Shown here: one piece after another, positions 1 to 8,433 of the stretch
How the letters are laid out: each line of letters begins with the position of its first letter
Numbering within the stretch: position 1 is the first letter of the stretch
From: Bdellovibrionales bacterium
Lineage (GTDB): Bacteria > Bdellovibrionota > Bdellovibrionia > Bdellovibrionales > UBA1609
NCBI GenBank assembly: GCA_020628165.1
Contig: JAHDFM010000011.1
Location: 18,969-82,968, forward strand
Length of the DNA stretch: 64,000 nt
Direction: 5' to 3'
Position numbers and translations under genes: made by a program
The notes under the pieces: generated by a model
What the model saw: the letters and a program-made list of their open reading frames with translations, nothing else
The model's database searches: none
What the model was told of the DNA's origin: nothing

Positions 1-2
1 TA

Positions 3-662
3 GATAATTTTATCAATAAGCCAACAAACATCAAAATGTCTTCAGACTTCATTTATGGTGAGTTACCACTTGATTCACCTCTATTGTTTTGGTCATTTCC
101 AGATGATGACATTGAGCAGGTGGAAGTGGCTTTAGGTACGAACCCTGACAGTGAAATAGATAATTTTGTACCATGGGAAGAAGCCGACAGCCTAAGCTCT
201 CACAGAATTAAATTTTTAACAGGAATTGGAGAGTGTGTTTCTTATTATCCATCCATTCGATTAAAAGACAAATCTGGTAACATTTCTGCGCCATTAACGG
301 ATAGAGGTGGGTTTATTTGGGATAACTCAGCTCCGCAATTTAACGGTGATATTGTCATACTTGAACAAAGTAACAGTATCAATGAAAGCCCAAGATTTCA
401 ATGGCCAGAGGCTGAGGACTTGTGTGGAATTTCTTATTATGACGTGGCCGTGGGCACAACGCCAGGTGGATCAGATATTATTGACTACACTCGAATCCCA
501 GTGAATGTGAATGTTTTTGAGTATCAAATCACTCACTTGGTAGATGGTTTTGATATGCAGTTAGAGCTAGGGCAAAACTATTACCTATCCATTGTCGCAA
601 CGGATATTTCTAATAAAATTTCAAGTTTTATTATTTCTAACCCTTGGAGTGTATCGCCGTGA
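3..662 (+). CDS. C-terminal fragment of a secreted/surface repeat protein (frame open to the left window edge)
   Basis: No stop in this frame between nt 3 and 662, so the ATG at 36 is probably internal. The sequence looks like Ig/FN3-type surface repeats (..YDVAVGTTPGGSDIIDYTRIP..). No catalytic motif recognised. Confidence 0.45.
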   Translation, partial: DNFINKPTNIKMSSDFIYGELPLDSPLLFWSFPDDDIEQVEVALGTNPDSEIDNFVPWEEADSLSSHRIKFLTGIGECVSYYPSIRLKDKSGNISAPLTDRGGFIWDNSAPQFNGDIVILEQSNSINESPRFQWPEAEDLCGISYYDVAVGTTPGGSDIIDYTRIPVNVNVFEYQITHLVDGFDMQLELGQNYYLSIVATDISNKISSFIISNPWSVSP

Positions 663-2317
663 TATTGTCGAGTGAAAATGAGTTGAACACTCATGCAAAA
701 CAAATTCATGAATATAATCTCAAACACTTGGAAAGCATTCCAACACAATGGGCTCGGGTCGAGAACGCAATTAAAGATTTTTATGGGCTTGAAATTGATA
801 AATTTACTTTTGATATTAAATTGGCCTTTGTTGAGGCAGCCAATAATGTGATTCAGCACGCCCACAAATTAGTGCCAACTGATTTTCAGATTAAAATGTA
901 TTTAAAAACCGATGAAATAGAATTTTGGGTTTTTGACTACGGGAAAGGCTTTGATTTAAAAAGTAAAATAAAATGTGTCAGTACACTTCATGAAAACTCA
1001 AGGGGAGTTTATTTAATCAATTCAGCAGTTGATTCTCTTGATTATGTGAAAGGAAAGAAATGCAATATTCTTATTTTTAAGAAAAAAATAAATTTAAAAA
1101 ACAACTCTGATACAAAATTTCTAGATAAAAATAAAAGAAAATTTTTATTAGTTAACCTACAACAAGAAGAACAAGATTTTTTTGATGAATTTGCTCAAGA
1201 GAATAATTATAATGTACAAAACATAAATTGCTCTATTGATCTCGAGCAAGTTTTGTACTCTAACCTTTCTCTCGATTTACTGTTTGTTTATATTGAAGAT
1301 GAAGACCTTAGTAACTTTGAGATGATTCAACAGTTTAAAAAAAATACTAAAAATAAATTCATTCCAATCATAGCCCTGACAAAAAATAAAAAAATTGATG
1401 TGATGATTCAAAGCTTCTTATCTGGTTGCAATCAGTTCATAACACTCCCTTGTAATAAAATGGAGCTAAAATCTAAAGTGAGTTCTCTTTTGGAGCTTAA
1501 AGATAAAACAAGATATCTTGAAATCAGTGCTCAGCAAATGACGACACAGTTAGATGAAGCTAAGGCGTTACAAGTTGGAATACTACCATCTAAGAATGAA
1601 CTGATTCATGGTTGTGACTTTGATTACATATTTAAACCTTCTAGCTACGTTGGTGGTGATATGTTGAATTATTTCTCAGTGAATGAGAATATCTCTGCAT
1701 TTTATGTCGCTGACGTGTCTGGTCACGGAGTGGCCTCTGCAATGTTCTCTATCTGGTTGAACAAAATTTTGACACCTTCAATCAGTAAAAGTGGAATCAT
1801 TAAACAGCGGATTAATAAAAAGCCCTTTTATCAAGTGCGACAGCCGAGTGAAGTTTGTCATCAGCTAGATAAATTGATGGACGATTCACAAGAGCAGTAC
1901 CTCACCATGTTTTTTGGTTACATCGATCATCAAAAAAACACTTTGACATACTCTTGCTGTGGACATCCTCAGCCTTATGTTTTGAGAGGTAAAAAGCATA
2001 TTAAACTAAAATGTGAAAACCCACCGATTGGCATGGGACTCGGTCTAGACTTCAAAAATCATTCAATGAAATTAAAAGATCAGGATAAGATCTTTGTGTA
2101 TTCTGACTGTGTCGTAGAAACAAAATCTCCGGAGGGAGTGCTATTTGATAGCCATAATTTAGAGATTTTTTTAGACAGATCTGAAAAAGTCGGAACAGAG
2201 CAGCTTAATAGCTTAGTGAGTGTATTAAAAGCGTATTCCGGAGAAGAATCTTTTGAAGATGATCTTACAATTTTAAAAATTCATTTTAACAAGAAAAAGG
2301 AGAAGTCATGGAAGTAA
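644..2317 (+). CDS. Fused partner-switching protein: RsbW/SpoIIAB-like Ser kinase (HATPase) + degenerate receiver domain + PP2C/SpoIIE-type phosphatase
   Basis: 557-aa ORF. N-terminal ~150 aa carry anti-sigma-kinase-type motifs (EAANNVIQHAH, FDYGKGFD, SRGVYLINS). The middle ~130 aa have a receiver-like pattern. The C-terminal ~240 aa carry PP2C/SpoIIE motifs (GGDMLNYF, ADVSGHGVASAM, YSDCVVE, DDLTILKI). Start is uncertain: TTG 644, GTG 659 (GTGA overlap with the upstream stop) or TTG 665. Confidence 0.8.
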   Translation: MECIAVILSSENELNTHAKQIHEYNLKHLESIPTQWARVENAIKDFYGLEIDKFTFDIKLAFVEAANNVIQHAHKLVPTDFQIKMYLKTDEIEFWVFDYGKGFDLKSKIKCVSTLHENSRGVYLINSAVDSLDYVKGKKCNILIFKKKINLKNNSDTKFLDKNKRKFLLVNLQQEEQDFFDEFAQENNYNVQNINCSIDLEQVLYSNLSLDLLFVYIEDEDLSNFEMIQQFKKNTKNKFIPIIALTKNKKIDVMIQSFLSGCNQFITLPCNKMELKSKVSSLLELKDKTRYLEISAQQMTTQLDEAKALQVGILPSKNELIHGCDFDYIFKPSSYVGGDMLNYFSVNENISAFYVADVSGHGVASAMFSIWLNKILTPSISKSGIIKQRINKKPFYQVRQPSEVCHQLDKLMDDSQEQYLTMFFGYIDHQKNTLTYSCCGHPQPYVLRGKKHIKLKCENPPIGMGLGLDFKNHSMKLKDQDKIFVYSDCVVETKSPEGVLFDSHNLEIFLDRSEKVGTEQLNSLVSVLKAYSGEESFEDDLTILKIHFNKKKEKSWK

Positions 2318-2637
2318 ATATTAATGAGAGCACCAGTGCAACTGTCATTTATCTCAATGGATCTTTTGACGCTACTGTCAGTCGAGATGTGAGAGAAAAG
2401 TTTGATGGACTTATTTCGAAAGGATTACAAAACTTTATAGTGGATCTTGAGCAAGTTGATTTTATAGATTCATCGGCTTTAGGTGCGTTGGTTGGATTTT
2501 TTAAAAAAGTCCGAGTGGGGGAAGGTGATGTCAAACTAGCAAGGCTGTCTTCACAAATTTTAAAGATATTTGAGCTAACTCAATTAGACCAAGTCTTTGA
2601 AATATTGCCCTGGGATTATGCTAAAAAAATAGGTTAA
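2308..2637 (+). CDS. STAS-domain anti-sigma-factor antagonist (RsbV/SpoIIAA-like)
   Basis: 109 aa. Has the conserved phospho-serine motif DFIDSSALGAL. AAGGAG RBS lies before ATG 2308, and the ORF overlaps the upstream ORF by 10 nt (translational coupling). Confidence 0.85.
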   Translation: MEVNINESTSATVIYLNGSFDATVSRDVREKFDGLISKGLQNFIVDLEQVDFIDSSALGALVGFFKKVRVGEGDVKLARLSSQILKIFELTQLDQVFEILPWDYAKKIG

Positions 2638-2639
2638 CC

Positions 2640-4592
2640 TTGCTTTATGAAGTATTTGTTAGCTCTATTTACTTCGTAAAAATCATTATTTGTTTTTTTT
2701 GTGTCTTCTATTATCTGCCTAAAAAAGTGACCGATAATACCAAGATTTGTTTCAAAAAAAATAAATTCAATATAATTCTTACATTCGTTGCAGCGGCCTT
2801 AGTGATCTCACAGGTTTTGTCAGTATTGAAAATGTTAGAAACTTTTTCACTTATAGTCTGCCTTTGTGTTTTTAGTCTTGGATTGAGGCTGCAACTTAAA
2901 AAAGTAAATGTTTTTGATTTCTTTAATGAATTAAAAACCCGTTGTTACATAGAGATGTTCACTTATCTAGAGATGAAAAATTTTATGATGTACGTATTTA
3001 ATCGATTAACAAATTGGGCACGAGTGAAGTTACGGTGGGCCTCTTTTCAGGTTAACCCGTATCACATGCTCACTTTAGTGCCATTTGTATTGATTGGATC
3101 TTTTTATTTGCTTGAAAATTTAAATTCATACACAAATTCTGATCTTCAGCATATTCTTAATTATAAGAAAGTAGGATTAGGAAACTTATTTGGTTTGAAT
3201 CATTTTTCAATTGGAAACTATTTCTTCACAAACTTTATGTTAACCATTTTAAATATTGATATTGAGAAAGTATATTCTTTACTCATTTTAATTAATGCTG
3301 TTGTAAATATGTTTGTGGTCAATACAGTTCTTGCTAAACTTTTTGAATCTAAGTCTTTAGGAATAACAGGATTAGGTGTATTTATTGTCGGACTTTTCTC
3401 CTTTTCAAGTAGTTCAGGGCTGGTGTTTAACGAAGAGTTTAGTGTCAATCTCATGTTGGCCTCTGTTTTATTAATTAATGTTTATGAGTTAAGCAAAATT
3501 AGTGTTGTTCAGATAAAGGCTCTTAGAAAGACTGATTTAACTTTAAGTCTTGCCGTGATGTCTTTTTTAAGTTTGAAGTTAACCCTCTTATTTGCCATTG
3601 CTGCCATTGCTTATTTTTCATTAAAAACGGCACAAAAAGAGCTTTTGACTAAAAAGATCTATTCAAACATAGGCCTCGGATTTCTTCCATTGTTCCTTTT
3701 TAGTCTCTTACGTTATTTATTTGTCGATGGCTCATTGTTATTGGATTTAAAATCTGAGTTCTTTATAAAAGAAACGGCACAGGTTGGTTTGTTTTCAAAA
3801 TCAACCACTGTGTTTTATTTGTCATATATATTGAGTTTAGGATTGTTTTTAATCTCTAGCTCTATAACAGACTTTAAGAATAAAATAAGAATAGATGGTT
3901 TTATAAAATTTGTTTTTATTTTTAACACTGTATTATTTGTATTAGATAAGCTGGTTCCAACCGTTGTAGATATCAATCAGATTCTTAAAGAGCTCTGTGC
4001 AGTGAATGCCGTTGTTATTTCTATTTCTATTTATATAGTACTTAAATGCAAGGTATTTGCAGATTTAGTAAAACAACAAAAAAGAGCTATGCCGGCTCTG
4101 AGTTGCTTATTAATACTTAGCTATGTTTTGTATTCAAAGCCAAATTATTCGTATGCTATTAATAATGTTAAAGGCTATAAGTTTTCAAAGATTATAAATC
4201 GAATTAAGTATCAAAGCGTTCGACACTCATGGACAGTCATAGGAGAACATTCATTTTTTTCTTTAATCTACGGTAGTGGATATCATTTAAGCGTGAAAGA
4301 TTTTTTAGAAAAGTACCAAGCTAAGGAATATATTTGGGACCCATATGATCCTGAGACAACTATTGGGACTAATTATGTTTATTTTGTTTTAAACAAAAAT
4401 AAATTAGACCAAGACACAAAACAAGAAAAACTACTTAGAAACTGGATAGCTGAGTATGAGTTTCGGCATGAAGAGTTAGATCGATTCTATGAAGATGAAT
4501 CCTATGTCGTTTATCAGCTTTATCGGTCTCCAGAGTTTGAAAAGAAAATTAAAAAACAGATGTATTTAAAAAAAATAAATGAGGGCTCTTAA
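2640..4592 (+). CDS. Polytopic inner-membrane protein (roughly 12 hydrophobic segments) with a ~150-aa soluble C-terminal domain; function unknown, candidate polymerase or membrane glycosyltransferase
   Basis: 650-aa ORF, extremely hydrophobic for the first ~480 aa, packed tightly between the STAS gene and a GT4 gene. Only a TTG start is available at 2640. No family motif recognised. Confidence 0.55.
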   Translation: MLYEVFVSSIYFVKIIICFFCVFYYLPKKVTDNTKICFKKNKFNIILTFVAAALVISQVLSVLKMLETFSLIVCLCVFSLGLRLQLKKVNVFDFFNELKTRCYIEMFTYLEMKNFMMYVFNRLTNWARVKLRWASFQVNPYHMLTLVPFVLIGSFYLLENLNSYTNSDLQHILNYKKVGLGNLFGLNHFSIGNYFFTNFMLTILNIDIEKVYSLLILINAVVNMFVVNTVLAKLFESKSLGITGLGVFIVGLFSFSSSSGLVFNEEFSVNLMLASVLLINVYELSKISVVQIKALRKTDLTLSLAVMSFLSLKLTLLFAIAAIAYFSLKTAQKELLTKKIYSNIGLGFLPLFLFSLLRYLFVDGSLLLDLKSEFFIKETAQVGLFSKSTTVFYLSYILSLGLFLISSSITDFKNKIRIDGFIKFVFIFNTVLFVLDKLVPTVVDINQILKELCAVNAVVISISIYIVLKCKVFADLVKQQKRAMPALSCLLILSYVLYSKPNYSYAINNVKGYKFSKIINRIKYQSVRHSWTVIGEHSFFSLIYGSGYHLSVKDFLEKYQAKEYIWDPYDPETTIGTNYVYFVLNKNKLDQDTKQEKLLRNWIAEYEFRHEELDRFYEDESYVVYQLYRSPEFEKKIKKQMYLKKINEGS

Positions 4593-6217
4593 TGAATATA
4601 CTATTGTTGCACGGTTATGGTTTGGATAGATCAGGTTCTAATGTTTTTATTAAAAATTTGGCCAGAAATCTGTGTGATCAAGGTCATAATGTTCATTTGT
4701 TTTGCCAAGCAAGTCTAGAAGAAGCACAAAATGAATGCAACAGCTACTATGAATACAATAGCAAGAATAAAGTTAAATTTTTTGTTGAAGACAACAGCTT
4801 TCAATGTTCAGGTAACCTGTATATTCATAAAGCTGATATTTCGATATTACTTGTTTATAATATGGATAAGTACAATGGTTTTGAAAAAGTCACCACTTAC
4901 ACTCAGGCCAGTAAAGAAGAATTAGAGACTTATTTTGTTAAAAATGCTTCTTTGGTGCGTAAAATATGTATGCGCTATCAAATTGACATTGTTCTTGCTA
5001 ATCATATTTTAGGAATGCCAGAAGTTGCAAGGCGTGCCACACATCTAACGGGGGTTCCTTTTGTGATCAACCCACACGGATCTTCGATTGAATACAGTAT
5101 TAGGGGGAATGATCACTTTAAGAGTCTTTGTCGCGAAAGTTTTATTAGGGCCAAGGCCATTGTGGTTGGCAGCGAAGAGATGAAACGACGAATTGAAGAT
5201 ATATGGGGCACTAAATTCAATAAAAAGTTTATTCAGATAAATATGGGAGTGAACACCTCATTATTCAATGCAAATGATAAGATCACAGAACTGCAAGTCA
5301 CAGACAGAGAGTTTCTTGAAAAGAGGTATTCAAAAGAATTTTTTGATGAGTTTTATGAACAACAAAAGTCAGTCTCAGCTGAGAAGTTAAATGCTGCAAT
5401 GACTAAGAATCGGGATCATTTTTTACAAAACAAAAGTGACAAAGACTACACTGAGAAAGTCAATGCTAATAAGGCTTCAAAAAAAATTGTATATGCAGGT
5501 AAAATGATTGTTGGTAAGGGGGTGCATAACTTAATTTTTGCAGTGGCTCAGGCAAAAAATATAGAGTTAATGCTTGCAGGAGAAGGGACTTTTCGACCTT
5601 GCCTAGAGCTGTTGGTGCGTGCTCTGCAATATACTGACTATAATTTATTTAAGACAATTGTTACAAATGGTCCTTATTTTGATGGCAAGCCTAAAAAAGT
5701 GATGGCAAGCCTCGAAAGGTACCTAAATCAAGTAGAGTTCACCAAGTTGAGTGAAATGGCTCAACAGAACAATTTGATTGAACGAGTTAAATTTTTAGGC
5801 TTTCTAACTCATGAGCAATTGGTTTCTCTTTACAAAGTCTGTCACTACCTTTTTCTACCTTCTGAAGTGAAAGAGGCCTATCCACTTTGCCTTATTGAGG
5901 CAGCTGCCTGTGGACTTTTACCCCTTGCCACAGACACGGGTGGCAATAAAGAGTTTCTCAATCGTTTGTCAGCCAACTTATTCAAAGATGAAAAAAGTCT
6001 TGTCATTGCTTCTGAATCTAATGAAGTGGTGGGATCTATTCACAGTAAGATTGAGACCATTAAAGATGTTAATTTTTCCGCGGCAGAGATGTCTGAGTAT
6101 GTTCATAAAAACTACGATGTTAAAAATATAACGAAACAATATTTAAATGAATTTAGTAAACTAGTATATGGAGACAATGATGAAAGAGCAAATTTTAAAC
6201 AAGCTTCCTGTTTATAA
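4592..6217 (+). CDS. Glycosyltransferase, GT-B fold, family 4-like, with a long internal insertion
   Basis: ATG overlaps the upstream stop (TAATG). The C-terminal half has the GT4 signature region (..EAYPLCLIEAAACGLLPLATDTGGNKEF..). The N-terminus MNILLLHGYGLDRSGSNVF is paralogous to the ORF at 13387. Confidence 0.8.
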   Translation: MNILLLHGYGLDRSGSNVFIKNLARNLCDQGHNVHLFCQASLEEAQNECNSYYEYNSKNKVKFFVEDNSFQCSGNLYIHKADISILLVYNMDKYNGFEKVTTYTQASKEELETYFVKNASLVRKICMRYQIDIVLANHILGMPEVARRATHLTGVPFVINPHGSSIEYSIRGNDHFKSLCRESFIRAKAIVVGSEEMKRRIEDIWGTKFNKKFIQINMGVNTSLFNANDKITELQVTDREFLEKRYSKEFFDEFYEQQKSVSAEKLNAAMTKNRDHFLQNKSDKDYTEKVNANKASKKIVYAGKMIVGKGVHNLIFAVAQAKNIELMLAGEGTFRPCLELLVRALQYTDYNLFKTIVTNGPYFDGKPKKVMASLERYLNQVEFTKLSEMAQQNNLIERVKFLGFLTHEQLVSLYKVCHYLFLPSEVKEAYPLCLIEAAACGLLPLATDTGGNKEFLNRLSANLFKDEKSLVIASESNEVVGSIHSKIETIKDVNFSAAEMSEYVHKNYDVKNITKQYLNEFSKLVYGDNDERANFKQASCL

Positions 6218-8432
6218 GTTAGACTATATTGATTCAGAGTACTTAAGTAGTCATGAGTCAGACCATGTATATATTGATCTTTCAGACACAGATTTACTAG
6301 AAGTAGAAGATTTATTAACACTCAATAATATATATAGTTTGTGCACAGAAATGAACAAACAGGCCCATTTGATTGTGAATAAAAAATCGATTCTCTCAAC
6401 TCAGCTTGATTTTGAGCGCTTGCATCGAAAGTTTAATATCACTTACCAAGGTGAAGATTTATCAGAATTTGAACAAGAGTCTGAGTCCGTTGACATTGAA
6501 CTTTCAAATATCCCTCAAGACTGGAGGGATGATGTTGACCAGGTGATAGAGAAAATTGAAGCAAGTACCTATGAAAATGCACTTTTCATGTTCAAATGGA
6601 TCATCAATAATGAAAAATTTCTTTACTCTCAGAATTTAATATCTCCTTATATGGATATCATTCCAAAACTGATCATGAAATCTGATGAACGGAAATTAGT
6701 TTTCATCATTGAGTCTTTACCAGTTGGTCAAATCATTAAATTGTTTTTTGATGATTACACGATCATCCCTGATCAAAAAATAGCTAGGCTCTTTGATAAA
6801 ATGGATGATGAGCTTTTGGTGAAATTGTTCCAGAAAATGACCCTTGGAGTGGATTTACCTAGCCGATCTGGTGAAATTTTATCATTGATGGGCTCTAAGT
6901 TGAAGGCAAAGGTCATTAACCAATTATCATGCATTTCCATCCTTAAAATGTTTAAATTCGCTAACAATGTTCGTGTGATTGATGCTTTGATTTTATGCAT
7001 GTCTAAGAAGAAGGTTTTTGAGTTGTTTAAATTCATTGATCAGTCAGATGTCGAAAACAAAGACGATATGAAGTTTTATTTAGATTATGTTTCTATTCAT
7101 GACTTGGGATGTTTTTCAGGAAAAGAGGATGAATTTGATTTTGAACCTAACAACGTCTGGGTCAACCTCAATATTAATAGTTTCGACAAGTTATTCTTTG
7201 TTTTTTCTGGGCAAGGAAACAATGATGCAAATTTTTGTGATCATTTCACCGTTAGAAAAATACAAGAAAATATTGACTATGCCTATGGCAGAAAACGAGT
7301 GGATGTTCACCTTGTTGAGTTTGATAAAAGTCGCTTCAAAGCGGAGTGCTACAAGTCAGAAGCATTGAATACAAATTACCAGCAATTTTTAAGTTCTTAC
7401 TCAGGCTGTGATAGTTTGAGTAAGAATGATTTTAAAAATCTTGGCTTATTTCAGCTACAAACCAAAGCTCAAGAAAGAAACATAGATATAGCCATTAATG
7501 GCAATTTTTATTTTGATTACGGTCATCATTTATATGGTCAAAAATTAGGACTTCCATTGGAACATTCGCAAGGTCTTAATTTTGGAGATCCAGTAGGTTT
7601 ACTTATAAATAATTATAAAACATTGTCGCCTGCTATTTACAACAGAGCGACCTTTTTAGTGACGGAGGATGAAGACATTACCATCGATCGCGTGAAAGAG
7701 TCTGAGATCACAGTTTCGGGTGAGCACCTTATATGGAATAAAGAAAATACGCAGGATGTGAGCCTTGATGATGTCGTTTTCTATAATAATATCTTTGGTT
7801 TCAAAACTCCAATAAACCCAGGTCGCTTAGAATTAATAATTACTAAGGATAAGATTCTAAAAGTTAAAGAGGGAGGAGGAGCCCTTATACCTTTTACCGG
7901 CTTTGTAGTGAGTATCGATAAGAGCAAATATAAGGGCAAGTTTAGACAAGACGACCTTGTTGTTTATAACAATTACTATAAAAGCAAAAAAATCAAAGAA
8001 GCCATAGGTTGTGGACCGTTACTGGTGCAAAATGGAGAAATAGAAATTAACTTCAACAAAGAAGACTTTGGCAAACAAGATAGCAGTGTCATGTCCTTTT
8101 TTCTACCTCGTCAATTTGAAAAATATGAAGCCGCAAGAAGTTTTATTGGCTTGCGTGGTGATAAAGTTGTCATTGGTGCTGTCTCTGGCTGTTCTTACGG
8201 AACTGGCTTACAAGAGACTTCAACTGGAATGACTTTTTCTGAATTGGCCATGTTTTGTCGTGATATTGGCTTAGAGACGGCCATGGGGCTGGATGGAGGT
8301 GGGTCAAGTTCGATTGTGACCAAACAAGAGGGAGACTTTAAGATCCTAAACACTCCCACAGGTGGTAAAGATGTTCCTCGCGGAACAGAGCGCTTTATAT
8401 CAACGTCTTTGATGTTTCAATTGAAGGAGTGA
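6168..8432 (+). CDS. Protein with a C-terminal phosphodiester glycosidase (NAGPA / DUF2233-like) domain; the ~430-aa N-terminal region is unassigned
   Basis: The C-terminus shows the family hallmark ..FIGLRGDKVVIGAVSG..GMTFSELAMFCRDIGLETAMGLDGGGSSSIV.. No obvious signal peptide. Several in-frame ATGs at 6168, 6177 and 6180 all overlap the upstream gene. Confidence 0.65.
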   Translation: METMMKEQILNKLPVYKLDYIDSEYLSSHESDHVYIDLSDTDLLEVEDLLTLNNIYSLCTEMNKQAHLIVNKKSILSTQLDFERLHRKFNITYQGEDLSEFEQESESVDIELSNIPQDWRDDVDQVIEKIEASTYENALFMFKWIINNEKFLYSQNLISPYMDIIPKLIMKSDERKLVFIIESLPVGQIIKLFFDDYTIIPDQKIARLFDKMDDELLVKLFQKMTLGVDLPSRSGEILSLMGSKLKAKVINQLSCISILKMFKFANNVRVIDALILCMSKKKVFELFKFIDQSDVENKDDMKFYLDYVSIHDLGCFSGKEDEFDFEPNNVWVNLNINSFDKLFFVFSGQGNNDANFCDHFTVRKIQENIDYAYGRKRVDVHLVEFDKSRFKAECYKSEALNTNYQQFLSSYSGCDSLSKNDFKNLGLFQLQTKAQERNIDIAINGNFYFDYGHHLYGQKLGLPLEHSQGLNFGDPVGLLINNYKTLSPAIYNRATFLVTEDEDITIDRVKESEITVSGEHLIWNKENTQDVSLDDVVFYNNIFGFKTPINPGRLELIITKDKILKVKEGGGALIPFTGFVVSIDKSKYKGKFRQDDLVVYNNYYKSKKIKEAIGCGPLLVQNGEIEINFNKEDFGKQDSSVMSFFLPRQFEKYEAARSFIGLRGDKVVIGAVSGCSYGTGLQETSTGMTFSELAMFCRDIGLETAMGLDGGGSSSIVTKQEGDFKILNTPTGGKDVPRGTERFISTSLMFQLKE

Positions 8433-8433
8433 C

